Source: Acidobacteriota bacterium
GTDB taxonomy: Bacteria > Acidobacteriota > UBA6911 > JACQSX01
Direction of reading: 5' to 3'
Assembly (NCBI GenBank): GCA_036507075.1
Contig: DASXQR010000045.1
Span: 1 to 34,447, forward strand
DNA: 34,447 nt
Shown: positions 33,912 through 34,447 of the stretch, piece by piece
Position numbering within the stretch: the stretch's first letter is position 1
Layout: every line of letters begins with the position of its first letter
Translations under genes and position numbers: made by a program
Notes under the pieces: generated by a model
The model's input: only the letters and a program-made list of their open reading frames with translations
Databases searched by the model: none
Told to the model about the DNA's origin: nothing

Positions 33912-34447
33912 ATGTTGAGACTGCTGTTTCTTATTCCGATTTTCCCGCTGGTCGGCGCGGCCGTTAACGGTCTGCTGGGAAAACGACTGCCCGGCCGAAT
34001 AATCTCCCTGGTTTCGTGCGGGCTGGTGGCGCTGAGCTTTCTGATTGCGGTGGGAAGTTTTTGGAGTCTGCTTGGAATGACTCCGGCCGAGCGGTCGTTC
34101 GTCCAAACTCTGTATACATGGATTTCAGCCGGTACATTTCAATCTCGTTTCTCCCTGCTTTTGGATCCATTGTCGGCGACCATGATTCTGATCGTTACCG
34201 GCGTGGGATTTCTGATCCATGTTTACGCCACCGGATACATGGCCGGGGACGGCGGTTATTACCGGTTCTTTGCCTACCTGAATCTTTTTATTTCTATGAT
34301 GTCGGTGCTGGTGCTGGCCGACAACTACCTGCTGATGTTTGTGGGGTGGGAAGGGGTGGGCTTATGCAGTTACCTGCTCATCGGGTATTACTTTGAGCGC
34401 AAGAGCGCCGGCGACGCGGCCAAGAAGGCGTTTGTGGTCAACCGGGT
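33912..34447 (+). CDS. nuoL: NADH-quinone oxidoreductase subunit L (5' part, runs off the window)
   Basis: Translated by hand from ATG 33912: MLRLLFLIPIFPL..LDPLS..LIHVYATGYM..RFFAYLNLF..GWEGVGLCSYLLIG..KKAFVVNR. Absent from the ORF track. Confidence 0.95.
   Translation, partial: MLRLLFLIPIFPLVGAAVNGLLGKRLPGRIISLVSCGLVALSFLIAVGSFWSLLGMTPAERSFVQTLYTWISAGTFQSRFSLLLDPLSATMILIVTGVGFLIHVYATGYMAGDGGYYRFFAYLNLFISMMSVLVLADNYLLMFVGWEGVGLCSYLLIGYYFERKSAGDAAKKAFVVNR

Overview
Moderately GC-rich bacterial chromosomal window. The protein types (minor-pilin style, TPR, BACON-repeat proteins, bshC, split nuo genes) suggest Acidobacteriota, which is an inference. About 29 genes: HpcH-family aldolase, secreted prolyl oligopeptidase, AraD1/FAH-family protein, a 1896-aa metzincin protease with 10 BACON-like repeats, a bshC-bshB1-MFS(-TPR) bacillithiol locus, comEA, class V PLP enzyme-nnr-tsaE, M48 peptidase, orphan TolC, pilD plus four minor pilins, a secreted coiled-coil protein, thiS-thiG-aroB-menG-receiver and nuoJKL. 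No transposase, integrase, CRISPR array or RNA gene was found. The most interesting signals are non-coding. (1) A bipartite motif TTTCGCAGATTTT-N7-GCC(A/G)GTTATGT is shared with identical spacing upstream of comEA and of the minor-pilin cluster 9 kb away, a candidate competence-regulon promoter. (2) Most larger intergenic gaps hold palindromic repeats from several families (heptamer tracts, ACCAC-type arms, REP-like units), often nested concentrically. (3) A complete sigma54-type promoter layout precedes tolC. (4) A Jen1-type carboxylate transporter gene overlaps the end of the bacillithiol genes. All calls are by eye; no database searches were run.
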